DNA of 64,000 bases from the sequence record NC_091964.1; one strand, given 5' to 3'. The translations under genes were made by a program, and so were the position numbers. Position 1 is the first letter of the stretch, and each line of letters begins with the position of its first letter. Shown here piece by piece: positions 29,301 through 39,406 of the stretch. The notes below the pieces were generated by a model. The model made no database searches, was not told the DNA's origin, and saw nothing but the letters and a program-made list of their open reading frames with translations.

Positions 29301-30918
29301 GTTTAGCCGCTTCTTCCAGTGTAACACCATCGACCTTTATTTCCTTATACTTGCGACTCAAGCGGATATGGCGCTCGTGCTCTTGGCGAGAGATTACGCC
29401 TTTACGCAGAAGTTCCGCTGACTTAACAGCCACACCTGCTTCCAACGGGTTAGACGTATCGACGTTGATGACCGCGGGCAGGTCTTCTTTCACCGGTTTA
29501 TTCACAACACGAGCAGAGCGCTCAGGTGGAAGTTCCGGTACGTCTTCATCGGTGACTTCAGTAATGTCCTGGTTGTCCAGTTCATTTAGATCCATCACTT
29601 TATCCGTTAATGCAAGCTGTCGTCCACCTGCAAATTGAGGTGCAACCATACCCAAAGCACCACGGCGATCGGTCTGGCGCTCTTCCCCCTGCTCAGGAGC
29701 TTCTGTATCGTCCTCTACGACGCTCGCATCACTATCCCCTGCCGTTACCATACCGATAGTTTCAGGCTTGTCAGCTTCGCTCTCAGGCACGGTTTCAAGG
29801 ATAACATCACGCTGATCTAACTGGCGAAATGCCATCATGTTTGACAGGTAGTTGTGGAAACGCTGAGTCATGGTTTGAATACCAGACTTCTCACGCCACT
29901 CGTTCAACTTGGCCATAGACAGGACGTTGTACCGACCACCCACTGTAAAGACGAAGAATACTTTTTCGTAGTGGGCAGGATCGATAGCGTTCAGCTTAGA
30001 GTCTTCCCGCTTCTCGCCTAACCAACGCCACAGATCGACTAACTGCAACGAGTCGTCGTCAGGGAACCAACCAATCGTTACACGGGTCCAGGCTTCAAAG
30101 CCAAGATCACAATCGCAACCTTCCAGATCTATTTCAGCGTCATCGGACCAACCGAGCGTAGCTTCATCGAAAGATTCAAAACCTTCGTTCAGTTCCTTAA
30201 CAGCAGCATCACCCAGAATACGATCGAGGTTGTCTGCTAACGGGGCGAAAAGCTCGCGGAAAGAAGTGATACGTGTTTCATCAGCACGCAACTTACCTTC
30301 AAAGAACTCGGGGCGCTGAGTTCCATCCACGCCATGTGCATGCGCCGCCTGTTCGTATTCTTCCACCGCGTGGAACTTGTTACGAGGGGGCAACACTTCC
30401 GGCAGGTTGAAGAAGATCAGGTGGTTACGAGTAGACTCCTTCGCAACAGCCGCTACCGTATCGCAGAGTGTACCATAAAGGTTATTCCAGCGTTGGATAC
30501 GCGCCCAGGCTGTTGGGAGGTAACGCCAGCGAAGAGGGATCATCGCATAGTTGAACACGATAGGATAGCGCTTATCCATCAGCGCTAATGGTAGCTTCGT
30601 TACCCGTTTTACCTTACGGTTCTTCTGGTAATAGAAGCGAATCATGTTCTTGATCTGGAAGGCAGGGATAAAGCGTGGGTTACCATCTTTCTGCGTCATG
30701 TCCTCAACGTGGTGAACATAATGCTGACGATTAAACCCGCGGGTAGGGAAGTAATCCTCTTCCGGGCCCAGGTCTTGTGCTGCGATGGGTAAGTAGTGCA
30801 ACGCTACGTTCTTCGGCAGATTCCAGTTATCGGATTCGAATGCTTTCGGATTAGGTAGGTTACCTTCTGTTCGAGCTGAATAGCGGTATAACCACGTTTC
30901 AAGTTCGAGTTCGGTCAT
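26308..30918 (-). CDS. Virion RNA polymerase beta subunit, N-terminal/main part (phiKZ gp178-like)
   Basis: PFAEYDDGKRVNFINIQQDH, EKNETWEDS, GGDKLVLSNQLKS double-psi barrel motifs. Confidence 0.9.
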   Translation of the reverse strand: MTELELETWLYRYSARTEGNLPNPKAFESDNWNLPKNVALHYLPIAAQDLGPEEDYFPTRGFNRQHYVHHVEDMTQKDGNPRFIPAFQIKNMIRFYYQKNRKVKRVTKLPLALMDKRYPIVFNYAMIPLRWRYLPTAWARIQRWNNLYGTLCDTVAAVAKESTRNHLIFFNLPEVLPPRNKFHAVEEYEQAAHAHGVDGTQRPEFFEGKLRADETRITSFRELFAPLADNLDRILGDAAVKELNEGFESFDEATLGWSDDAEIDLEGCDCDLGFEAWTRVTIGWFPDDDSLQLVDLWRWLGEKREDSKLNAIDPAHYEKVFFVFTVGGRYNVLSMAKLNEWREKSGIQTMTQRFHNYLSNMMAFRQLDQRDVILETVPESEADKPETIGMVTAGDSDASVVEDDTEAPEQGEERQTDRRGALGMVAPQFAGGRQLALTDKVMDLNELDNQDITEVTDEDVPELPPERSARVVNKPVKEDLPAVINVDTSNPLEAGVAVKSAELLRKGVISRQEHERHIRLSRKYKEIKVDGVTLEEAAKPPIQDIWNFKPAQIPDIPNVVDKGMLQSSLINFDTEYVEKVMPKDTANMVLAIQKAGIAVTGFEREEFSDALSKTIDYRVKVTPVHGKESTLSFQLPKIDENGKYMINGVRYYMRKLRADMPIRKINTHTVALTSYYGKLFVERSQKKVASFDNWILSALTSEILDGSRVKGVVYGNSYGEQQPVPRIYSAIAQSYLEMQIGDIHFHFDYEGMEKNFPGVALPKTKNQDWPVGRKGNEIVYMDRNGRLKVKGQDIGTIPSLIDLDDNTAPAEIVVLRVMGHEIPLGIVLAYMFGLNKLANRLYGSPVSTESYSEYYSEQYGYISFEHDNTVPNGVYPRRRIKGAKKDTAPNEFEIVFADEVWVLPKDQSYASLIFASLNQWKKQLRTIQVAELNDKAYYTPMFMANGLGNRHLNEIGLIEDMFLDPIAIENLTMMKEPTNMRDLFIRAADMLVDDNYKSDLDTSLMLVKGYERMSGAVYKAIVDSVRNYRNKPVSVKTSVDLNPFEVLTSIQKDPSVSLVEDSNVIHNLKEKENMTYSGTGGRSKVAMTRRTRAFHKTDLGVRSEAGVDSGDVGINMFMPPDPNITSLRGTVQTVDPEKVSPTQLVSTSMLMSPFAEYDDGKRVNFINIQQDHVVAIAESQEMAVRTGYDQVVAHRTDDLFSVTAKDDGKVVSVTDRVITVQYKNGKQKAFQIGRRFGVVTGHVVPHNIVPRMKAGDSFKKGAVICHNEGFYTPDRRDPTSSALKQGCYPYTVLIEKNETWEDSSLMSPELAYKMRANVTHIRTLFVRFDNAIHNLVSVGEEVDIDTVLAVIEDKVSAGVGSDNLDALNLLSRPTPRANNSGKVEEIQVIYFGDKDDMSPSVRKVADKYDRVRGQLARELNNGDATTGEITTPARVDGISVDIDMMAIRIFITEERIMSGGDKLVLSNQLKSVSAGEQRGPTYTASELWPGSGVRKIDLEFSYRAEEARIVHSSIMAGMSIICQEFIGFSMVQAYDS

Positions 30919-32552
30919 TTAGTCGGTCCCCCGGTAATTTGTAACAGTAACAATTCGATGTTGTCGTTTGCTGCTGACAGTACGAGTTTGTTATCTGCCC
31001 CCACATACCAGTCACGTTTTGACTTAAGGCGTTGATATTCATCACGCGCCTCTTTCGACATCGCTCCGATACAAGATTCACGGTCACCATCGAAGTCACC
31101 GCCCTGAGCTTTAATACGCGCGGTATGCGGAGACATTGTTTCTACAAATGGTGAATCGAGATCCTGATCAGGGAAGAACGGTGCAATATGGTCCGGTCCG
31201 ATAGGCATCCAGTCGTCGCCAAGTTCTGGCAGTTCACGGCTATTCACCGTGGTACGCATGAAGATATTTCCTATGTACGTAGACCCATCCCCTGCTACGG
31301 GATAACGTGTGGCACTGGCAATGTTGTTGTTCCAGTCGCGATACCCTGATACGTAAAACAGAGTTGCGAGGTTTAATGGATAGACTTTCTTAGGGTCTTT
31401 CCCTTCAGGGAGTTCGTCAATGTCAGCGAAGATACGGAACCCATCGTCACCGGCGTAGACTAATCCTAAGTAGCACCCATCTATATTTATAGGACGGTTG
31501 CGTAAACGTTTTTTACTAAAGCGTTTTACTAAGGAGTTAAAGCCTTCGGTGGTAGTCCAGAGTTCACGTTGATCCGCACTGAGCTCTACGAGTTTACGCT
31601 TGAGCGTCTTACGGTCTGTCAGGTAGATCTCCTGGGCAGCTGATGCACCGAAGATGTTACCTACCCAACCACTGCGTAAATAATACTCAACCAGCGGCTT
31701 AAACATTACAATGGTTTGAAGCATACCCGTTTGGATCGTGTTGATACCAGGGGTTTGCTTAGAGCCGATACGCGGAGAACTCAGCGTCATTGGCGAAATT
31801 ACGTTAGCAGTACCGTAGACAACAGTACGACTTGCCCATTTACCCAGGATGAATCCACGCTTTCCTTTAATAATGCTAAAGAAGTAGTCGAAGATTTGCT
31901 CGGAGGTTTTCTGTAAAGAGGCACGAGCGGGGTTAAGGATGGGATCGTTACGACCGGCAGAAGTAGAGGAGATGGTAGACGCAGATGCAATCAGACTACG
32001 ATACATCCCGTTTACTTCATCTTCTGTCCCTCTGCCAGTTTCTGACGTGGTGTAATCACGTAGACCAGCGGGCAGCACGAGGTATTTATCATGCAGCGCT
32101 TTACTTTTGTTTTCCTCTATAAGACGAATACGCAGTGAGCGCAGCGATGAGTCTGTACGCGGGAGCTGTAGCTCTTCGAAGTGCTCGACGAAGAACGCAA
32201 ATCCTGTGTTCCCTTCGGCAGGTGAAGATGCAACGAAGTCTTTCGTCTCTTCATCCCAAATCGCGTAGCGAGTACCAAGGATAATACCGCGGTACAAATC
32301 TTTCAACGTTGACAAACGTTTGAATATCAGTGAATGGAAGATTTTGGTATTAAGTTCAATATACCCGAATCGCCGGTCACGTTCTTCGGACCCAACTGGT
32401 CCAAATATTTCAGCACTGAATAACCCGTTCTGATTAAAGATGCTTGTACCACTTTCGAAGATCTCGTTAGTTGTACAGCGCCCCATCTGACGAACGAGTT
32501 CCGCATTCGGTTGCAGTATTGAAATATTGAAAGGTATTTCTTCAATCCGCAT
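30915..32552 (-). CDS. Virion RNA polymerase beta' subunit, N-terminal catalytic part (phiKZ gp180-like)
   Basis: GLFSAEIFG...FGYIEL, LVLPAGLRD, KGKRGFI, RYPV, catalytic GGDFDGD. Confidence 0.92.
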   Translation of the reverse strand: MRIEEIPFNISILQPNAELVRQMGRCTTNEIFESGTSIFNQNGLFSAEIFGPVGSEERDRRFGYIELNTKIFHSLIFKRLSTLKDLYRGIILGTRYAIWDEETKDFVASSPAEGNTGFAFFVEHFEELQLPRTDSSLRSLRIRLIEENKSKALHDKYLVLPAGLRDYTTSETGRGTEDEVNGMYRSLIASASTISSTSAGRNDPILNPARASLQKTSEQIFDYFFSIIKGKRGFILGKWASRTVVYGTANVISPMTLSSPRIGSKQTPGINTIQTGMLQTIVMFKPLVEYYLRSGWVGNIFGASAAQEIYLTDRKTLKRKLVELSADQRELWTTTEGFNSLVKRFSKKRLRNRPINIDGCYLGLVYAGDDGFRIFADIDELPEGKDPKKVYPLNLATLFYVSGYRDWNNNIASATRYPVAGDGSTYIGNIFMRTTVNSRELPELGDDWMPIGPDHIAPFFPDQDLDSPFVETMSPHTARIKAQGGDFDGDRESCIGAMSKEARDEYQRLKSKRDWYVGADNKLVLSAANDNIELLLLQITGGPTK

Positions 32553-32577
32553 GGGTTGTCCTCACAAGGGTGGACTT

Positions 32578-35500
32578 ATGGCTAAAGAAAAAATCGACTT
32601 CGATGATGGACTCAACGATTTCGACATGAATATGGACGGGTTCGACGATGATCCGTTTAACCCCCGAGAGTCCTCGGGCGGAAGTCGAAGCCCTGTTACG
32701 AAGGTTGGTAAGTCCATGTTGTCTGGCGCTGGCCAGGAAACCAAGAACCCTACCTTCTATAAAAACGTATTGAAAGCAGCGATGCCGGATTCCTTCAGTG
32801 TAATGCTCGACAATGTCGACACCACGATGGATATCACCTCGCGTACTTATAATCAGGCGATGCGTGAAGCACGTCCGATGATGGTGCAGGCTCGCAGAGT
32901 TGCGGGCTCTATTAACCGTCTCGTTCCTTCTCCCTTCCAATCTAAGATTGATGCATATCTTAAGTCAAAAGATAAGAAAGGCTTAGATAACGTAGAAGTT
33001 GACATGGAGGAAGCGGGTGTTGCTCAGGGCATGGGTGACATCTTTGCTGAGAAGGAAAACGATGATCAGAAGCTTGAAAAAGCCGAGAAGCTCATCGAGT
33101 TCGTTAACGAAAAAGAATATCGTCAAAACGTACTTGGTCAACTTCAATCGATCAACCGTCAGCTTTCAATCCAGACACAAAACCAACTGCGCGTACAACG
33201 TGCATGGCAGCAGAAGTCTCTTGAAGTCCAGTTACGTCAGCTTTATGTTAGCCGTCGTACAATGGAAATCACTAAACAAGGCATGGAAGAAAACTCAGCT
33301 CTGTTACGTGACATCGTCAAGAACACCGGTCTTCCTGATATTCAGAAAGAACAGCAATCTGAAACACTCGCTCGTTTAACGCGTGAACGTGTCTTCGGTG
33401 CTGCTCAATCTAAAGTCGCTGACTGGGCACGTCAAAACCAATACCTGCGTGCAGTAGGTAAACGTGCGACCGATGCTATTCGCAGTAAAGTAAACGAGTT
33501 CCAGTTCGCATTCCAGTCAGCCGCTGATATGTTCGAGTCAGCTGAAGAGCAAATGGCGGCTGCCAGAGAATACGGCATCGACACCACTCAGATGGCTGGG
33601 GAACTCGCCGGTGCTAACGTAGCAAATCGCATTGGTGGTTGGTTTGGTAAGAACGTCGGTAAACGTCTGAAGTTAGACCGCGCTGATAACTTCTTCCGTA
33701 CCATTAACCACAAAACAGCGAATGTTGCTCATGTTGGCTCTCGTTTTGGGAAAAAGTTAAAACGTGGCGACAGTCGTGTTGGTCACTGGATTGGGGATAT
33801 CCTGGATGTTCCTTTCCGTGCCGATACAACGGTAGCCCAGGGCGGGTTAGCTAACCTTGAGATGGACCCTGGCCGTATGGGGACTGAGAACCGCAAGCTG
33901 CGTGCGTTAGAGGAAACCTTACCAGGTTACCTTAGCCGTATTCTGCAAGAGGTCACTGGTATCCGTACAGGCGAGCTTCCTGAACGTTTGGTTGTCGATC
34001 CACAGCGCGGGACTTTTATGGCGCTGAAGGAATCTACTGCTAACTTAGCTCAACGTGTTCTGTCTGATGGGGCTATTGAGAGTTCTCAGAACAACCTTAA
34101 TAGCCTTATTAAAGATATGGGTGGCGATAAGCTTTCCAGAAAAGACAGAGTCGAATTGGCCAAGTACCTACGTGAGAAATCGAAAGATCAAACGTGGGGG
34201 TTTTCACCAGAAGCTTTACTGGATGAGAATAATGGTCTTTCTGGCAGACTGCGTGGTAGACTAGGGGATTCCCTTTCTGCTCGCTATGGCCTCGTCAAGG
34301 ATGAGAATGGTAAGTGGAAAGCACCATTGTCGGGAATGTCTGGTATTCGTTCTCTTGAGCGTGATGCTAAGTCTTACGGCAATTTCCGTGATTATAGCTC
34401 CGAGGTTTACCGGAACGTAAAAGCGATTCATTCACTCGGCGGTATCGAACAACTCTTGGAAGCTGGGTTAGTCAGATGGGACGACGATACTCAGACCTAT
34501 GAGCTCGATTCCAATTACGTTGAGAGACGCAGCAATGCAAAATACAGAAAGCTCCAAAGAAGAGGAAAGCTATCTGGGGACAGTGAAGTGGGGGCTGGCA
34601 ATAACGGCCCTCGGCCTGGTGGTGATAACCCTGGGACTCCGAAGCCTGGGCCGCTCCCTATGGGATCTCCCCTCGGAGGTGGTGAAGAAGGTGATCAAGG
34701 CTCTAGGATAAGTCGTTGGTTTGGGCGTGGAGGTGGTGGGGGTGGCAGCGATAAAGCTATCATCCGTGCTATCCGTGATCAGACCGAGTCTATCTTGGAC
34801 GCTTTCGATAACATGCCAGTACGTGATATCCAGGAAGAACAAGCCGATTACTTGGCGGATATTCTGGAACGTCTCGAAGCGGGCGTATCAACGTTCGGCG
34901 GAGCTGGTTCTCCCCCACCTCGCAAAGGCCTACTGCGTCGTGGCGCGGGTCTTGCGAAGAGCGCGGTTAAGGGCATGTGGAAAGCGGGTGCTTACCCGTT
35001 CAAATTTGCTCGTGTTATGGCTAAACAAGCTTTCCGTCCCGTTAAGTGGCTTGGGAAGAAATCGTTCAAACGCATTAAAGGCTTAGGGGAGAAAGCCTGG
35101 GGTAAAGCATCTGCTCTTGTAACCGATGTTTACATCAAGGGACAGGACGGACTTAAGCGTGCTCTTGAACGCGGCGTCATGATTGCCGGTGGTTACACCG
35201 ATGTGAATACGGGGAAAATCATTAAGTCCATCAAGGACATTACCGGACCCGTTATTAACAATGCAACTGGTGCTATTGTCCTCACTCAAGAAGACTTTGA
35301 TAATGGATTGATGAACTCTTTGGGTAAACGACTTAAGGTTGGATTGATCGGCGGCATTAAGTCAGCCATCAAACGAGCAGCTGGGATAATCGCATCGCCG
35401 ATTACTAAGCCGCTTGGTTGGGTGAAGTCAGGCATCGCACTAGCGAAGAAAATGCTCCTCACCCCTCCTGATGTCTATTTACGTGGCCAGATGGATAAAC

Positions 35501-38500
35501 CTGTTCTGTACGGTCAGCAAATGTACAACGGCATGTACTGGTCGGCTGCTACTAATAAAGTAGTACGCTACATCGGTGACATCGACGGTGACATTTATAC
35601 CTGGGATCGAGAGACAATGCAGAAACGTATTGTCTTGACTGCGCAGCAGATCCAAGATCCAGGGTTAGTTGACTACGCAGGTAAACCACTCAAAGGTTTC
35701 ATGAAGAAATGGAAAGACCGTATTGGCGGCGCTATTGACTTCTTGAAGAAAAACCTTAACCCGATGAACTGGATTCGTCGTGGTAAAGATCTGGTTAAGA
35801 AAGGACTTGGCTTTGTAGGTGGGGCGTTTGGTAAAGTTGGTAAGGCTCTCGGTCTTAAGGGAATCGAATCCGGCGGTTGGACCAAGCGTATCTATCGTCT
35901 GCTTTGGAACAAGTTTAACGACCTCCCGTTAAACACAGGTCTTAAAGCAGCAACAAGTCAACTGGGTGAGGCAGCAGGTAAAGCCGGAAGTCGAATCAAG
36001 GATTGGTGGGCTAACCGGAAAGGCTTTGGTCTAAAAGGCAAGTTAGGCGGGTCTAAGATCGGTATGCTGTTGTCAGGGCTCTGGAGTAAGAAGGGTAACT
36101 GGCGAGACTTGTTCAAACGCGATTCTCTCAAAGACCGTTTGGACGAAATGCGTGACCGTGAAGGTTCCTGGGTAAACCGTGCAGCCAAAGCAGCAGGGCG
36201 AATCAAGGAGTCTGTAAAAGACAAAGCTGACAAAGCCAGGAAGTTCCCATGGCTTGCTACAGTTATGGGCGGGTTCGGAATTGTTAGAGGCGCATTGAAT
36301 GTCCTCAAGGATAAACTCCTTGGTGGTATTGGCGCCTGGATTCCGAAGATCCTCACTGCTATTAAGAACACTAAGCTCGCTCAGTCTGGTATGAGCATGT
36401 TGGGTGATCTGTTAGGTGGCGGTGGAGGAAGAGGACGTGGCGGATTTATCCGACGTGGGGCGAGATGGTTAGGTAAGGCTGCATGGAACACTGTACGCCA
36501 TCCAATCAAAACGCTGGGCAAAGTCATCAAGTCTCCGTTTAAACTTGCTGGCGGTGCCTTACGTCTCGGTATGAAGGCACTCCCTTGGGTAGCTCGCGGT
36601 GCAATGATGTTATTAACCAGTCCTGTTGCATGGGCAGTTGCTGCCGCGGCAGGTGCAGGTTACCTCATCTATAAAGGCTACAAAGCGTATCAGGGACGTA
36701 TCACATCTGTACGTGAGATGCGTCTTGCCCAGTATGGTTTTGCTAAAGGCGAAGACAGTGATAAACTGGGTAAAGTATTAGCGCTTGAAGAGGCTGTCCT
36801 GAAGGCAGTGAAATGGGATCAGAACGGTGTCCCATCCCTGGGTCCAATCAAGTACCCGGAACTGATTCAGGCATTCGGTATTCAGATGACAGCTGAGAAA
36901 TCAGTTATGTCATGGGCGAACTGGTTTGCTAACCGCTTCCGTCCAGTGTTCTTAAAGAACATTCAGGAGATCCGTCGCCTTGACGAGAAAGCTACTATTC
37001 TGGATGCGAACACCTCTCTTGCTAAAGGGCAGTTACCGTCGTATGCGTTAGCAACACGTTTACCGGATACTAACCCTGATGGTAGTAAGGGTCCGTACTT
37101 CATCGAAGATTCTCCGTTCCAGAACCACTCCTGTATTATCGGAACAGATATTGTTGATTCTACCATCCAAGCAGTTGTGGGTGAGTACAGCAAAGATGCG
37201 AAGAAGTTCAAGGAGAAAGCTCGTACTGATGCGGGCTTAGCGAATGCGAAGAACGTACAGCTTACACCGACTAACGGTAAGAACATGAAGGCTGGGTTAC
37301 AGCTTCAGAAAGACGACCGTGTGTTTGGTGCAGGTGACGTTAAAGCAAACGTTGGTAAAATAACGGGTGATCCAGATAAAGACCTGAAGATCATTCAAAA
37401 CAACCTGATCGATGACGTGACTGCGATCCGTATGAAGTTATACGGTATGTTGGAACTGTCAAAGTCCCAGGTTAATATCATCTGGCGTTTAGAAGACCAG
37501 TTACTCAAGGACCAGAACATTGTTGTTCGGAACAAGGTAGCGGAATTCACGGGTGATAAGAATAAGATCGTTCAGGCATGGGCTCCGGTGTTTGGCGTAA
37601 GCCTTGGCGTAGCCGCTGACGTTAATGACTGGCAGTTCTGGTTCGATCGTCGTTTCTTACCAGTCTTCCTGAACTTTGTAACACGCGGTTCTAAATGGCT
37701 GGGCACGGATAACCTTCTCACGAAGATTCGTTCTGCTCACCCTGAAGTACAGTACAGCGTAGCAGAGTTTATGTCTGTCGCTAAGACAGAAGTCAACGGT
37801 CAGTCGACTTCAGTGTGGTCTGTTAATGCCTATCCGTTCCCGATGGAATCTGCTAACACGGATTCGTTGGTGATCAAAGGCAACATGGACTCGCTGAAAG
37901 AGCGTATTAAGGATGAGAAGTACGCAGAGCAGTTAGCTAAGAAGAACCCGAGTCTTAAGTACGACAAGAACGGGAAGTTGTTGAGTGACGCGGAGTACAT
38001 GAAGAAACTGGCGCAGATGCCTGGTAGCCCTCTGGCAACCAACGCAGCTAACGCAGCCTTCTTGGCTCAGCAAGGTGGTAACAGCATGCTTAACGGCGGC
38101 GGTGGCCTCCAGTCCTTCGACAACGACAAGTTCGCGTCTGTTGCTGAAATTACCCCTAACGGCGGTAAGGCTTCGGATCTTCCTCAGGTAGATGGCGGTG
38201 CAGTTGCCGCTGAAAGATCTCCTGAGAAGCGCTTTGCGATGTTGCGACCTCTGTTTGAGGCAGTGGCAAAAGCGATTGGTGTGGACGTCCCGACTCTAAC
38301 GGCGTTCGCAATGCAGGAATCGGCATTTAACCCGCTAGCTGCGGCGAAAGGTTCAAGTGCGAAAGGCTTGTTCCAATTCATCGACGGTACATGGCAGGGC
38401 TATGTAGGTAAGCTGAAAGAATTCGGGTTCAGTAATCCTCAGGTGACCGACCCTGTAGCTAACACGGTGGCAGGAGCAATGTTCATCCGTGATAACATCA

Positions 38501-39402
38501 ACGCATTGAAAGGTACTATCGGGCGTATGCCTAACGTACCGGAACTTTACCTGGCACACTTCTTGGGCCCAGGCGGCGCTCGTCGTGTTCTCTCCCAGCC
38601 TGACAACGCAAGTATCATGACTGGGGTTAACAACGATCAGATCGCGGCTAACCAATCTGTGTTTAAGAACATTTCTACCATTGCTGATATTAAGTCGTGG
38701 GCTGCACGTATGATGCAGAAAGGAATCGTCTTTGCCAGCAAGAATGCTCCAGGAGGGATTCCTTCATCGGGAACCTTCTCTACTAACCTTGGTCCTTCAC
38801 CGACTGAGGCAGGTAGTATTGTTAACACCGCTCAAATGGGTACTCCTACTCCTGCGAGCAGTGGAGGCGGTGCTGGGGCGATGCCTGCTATGGCTCCTTC
38901 TATTAGTGTGGGCGGCGGTTCTCCTGCCCCTGTCAGTAATTCAGAAGTCTTGGCAGGCGGAATGCGTAAGGTAAGTTCACCATCTCCAGTAGCATCGAGT
39001 GCTGTTCCAGCAGTCCCGGTTCCACCGAATCGTGAAGGCGTTGAGAAACAGCGCGAAGTACAAGCAGAGACGCAGGCGGTACGTGTTCAAACCGAACAGG
39101 TTAATGCAGCTACGGCTCAAGCGCGTGCTCGTGCAACTGGCGCAACAATGCAACAGGCTCGTCAGACTCATGACGTTCAGGTTGAAATCCGTGATGCTGT
39201 ACAAGGTAGCGAATCGATCCTCGGTGAGATCCGCGATTTCCTCAAGGGTAGTAGCGGCGGTCCAAGCCAGCAGAATTCTCCTCCGCCTAATGGGCAAGAG
39301 CAGCAGAAGGAAGCTATGCTGAAGAACGCTTCGATGAACCCTCCCGTAGGCCAGAAGCCAGGGAACCAAAGGCCTTTTAATAGTAGTAGAAGGCCTGCGT
39401 AA
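32578..39402 (+). CDS. Tape-measure-like tail protein with lytic transglycosylase domain (phiKZ gp181-like; start revised)
   Basis: About 2270 aa, Lys/Gly-rich helical. SLT motifs AMQES, AKGLFQFIDGTW, LYLAHFLGPGG at ~38250-38590. Confidence 0.88.
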   Translation: MAKEKIDFDDGLNDFDMNMDGFDDDPFNPRESSGGSRSPVTKVGKSMLSGAGQETKNPTFYKNVLKAAMPDSFSVMLDNVDTTMDITSRTYNQAMREARPMMVQARRVAGSINRLVPSPFQSKIDAYLKSKDKKGLDNVEVDMEEAGVAQGMGDIFAEKENDDQKLEKAEKLIEFVNEKEYRQNVLGQLQSINRQLSIQTQNQLRVQRAWQQKSLEVQLRQLYVSRRTMEITKQGMEENSALLRDIVKNTGLPDIQKEQQSETLARLTRERVFGAAQSKVADWARQNQYLRAVGKRATDAIRSKVNEFQFAFQSAADMFESAEEQMAAAREYGIDTTQMAGELAGANVANRIGGWFGKNVGKRLKLDRADNFFRTINHKTANVAHVGSRFGKKLKRGDSRVGHWIGDILDVPFRADTTVAQGGLANLEMDPGRMGTENRKLRALEETLPGYLSRILQEVTGIRTGELPERLVVDPQRGTFMALKESTANLAQRVLSDGAIESSQNNLNSLIKDMGGDKLSRKDRVELAKYLREKSKDQTWGFSPEALLDENNGLSGRLRGRLGDSLSARYGLVKDENGKWKAPLSGMSGIRSLERDAKSYGNFRDYSSEVYRNVKAIHSLGGIEQLLEAGLVRWDDDTQTYELDSNYVERRSNAKYRKLQRRGKLSGDSEVGAGNNGPRPGGDNPGTPKPGPLPMGSPLGGGEEGDQGSRISRWFGRGGGGGGSDKAIIRAIRDQTESILDAFDNMPVRDIQEEQADYLADILERLEAGVSTFGGAGSPPPRKGLLRRGAGLAKSAVKGMWKAGAYPFKFARVMAKQAFRPVKWLGKKSFKRIKGLGEKAWGKASALVTDVYIKGQDGLKRALERGVMIAGGYTDVNTGKIIKSIKDITGPVINNATGAIVLTQEDFDNGLMNSLGKRLKVGLIGGIKSAIKRAAGIIASPITKPLGWVKSGIALAKKMLLTPPDVYLRGQMDKPVLYGQQMYNGMYWSAATNKVVRYIGDIDGDIYTWDRETMQKRIVLTAQQIQDPGLVDYAGKPLKGFMKKWKDRIGGAIDFLKKNLNPMNWIRRGKDLVKKGLGFVGGAFGKVGKALGLKGIESGGWTKRIYRLLWNKFNDLPLNTGLKAATSQLGEAAGKAGSRIKDWWANRKGFGLKGKLGGSKIGMLLSGLWSKKGNWRDLFKRDSLKDRLDEMRDREGSWVNRAAKAAGRIKESVKDKADKARKFPWLATVMGGFGIVRGALNVLKDKLLGGIGAWIPKILTAIKNTKLAQSGMSMLGDLLGGGGGRGRGGFIRRGARWLGKAAWNTVRHPIKTLGKVIKSPFKLAGGALRLGMKALPWVARGAMMLLTSPVAWAVAAAAGAGYLIYKGYKAYQGRITSVREMRLAQYGFAKGEDSDKLGKVLALEEAVLKAVKWDQNGVPSLGPIKYPELIQAFGIQMTAEKSVMSWANWFANRFRPVFLKNIQEIRRLDEKATILDANTSLAKGQLPSYALATRLPDTNPDGSKGPYFIEDSPFQNHSCIIGTDIVDSTIQAVVGEYSKDAKKFKEKARTDAGLANAKNVQLTPTNGKNMKAGLQLQKDDRVFGAGDVKANVGKITGDPDKDLKIIQNNLIDDVTAIRMKLYGMLELSKSQVNIIWRLEDQLLKDQNIVVRNKVAEFTGDKNKIVQAWAPVFGVSLGVAADVNDWQFWFDRRFLPVFLNFVTRGSKWLGTDNLLTKIRSAHPEVQYSVAEFMSVAKTEVNGQSTSVWSVNAYPFPMESANTDSLVIKGNMDSLKERIKDEKYAEQLAKKNPSLKYDKNGKLLSDAEYMKKLAQMPGSPLATNAANAAFLAQQGGNSMLNGGGGLQSFDNDKFASVAEITPNGGKASDLPQVDGGAVAAERSPEKRFAMLRPLFEAVAKAIGVDVPTLTAFAMQESAFNPLAAAKGSSAKGLFQFIDGTWQGYVGKLKEFGFSNPQVTDPVANTVAGAMFIRDNINALKGTIGRMPNVPELYLAHFLGPGGARRVLSQPDNASIMTGVNNDQIAANQSVFKNISTIADIKSWAARMMQKGIVFASKNAPGGIPSSGTFSTNLGPSPTEAGSIVNTAQMGTPTPASSGGGAGAMPAMAPSISVGGGSPAPVSNSEVLAGGMRKVSSPSPVASSAVPAVPVPPNREGVEKQREVQAETQAVRVQTEQVNAATAQARARATGATMQQARQTHDVQVEIRDAVQGSESILGEIRDFLKGSSGGPSQQNSPPPNGQEQQKEAMLKNASMNPPVGQKPGNQRPFNSSRRPA

Positions 39403-39406
39403 ACGT

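Noticed and set aside
26308-32552. Possible intein or intron in the vRNAP subunits
   Set aside because: No intein terminal motifs (C/S...HN), no embedded endonuclease motifs, and continuous frames of roughly expected length.
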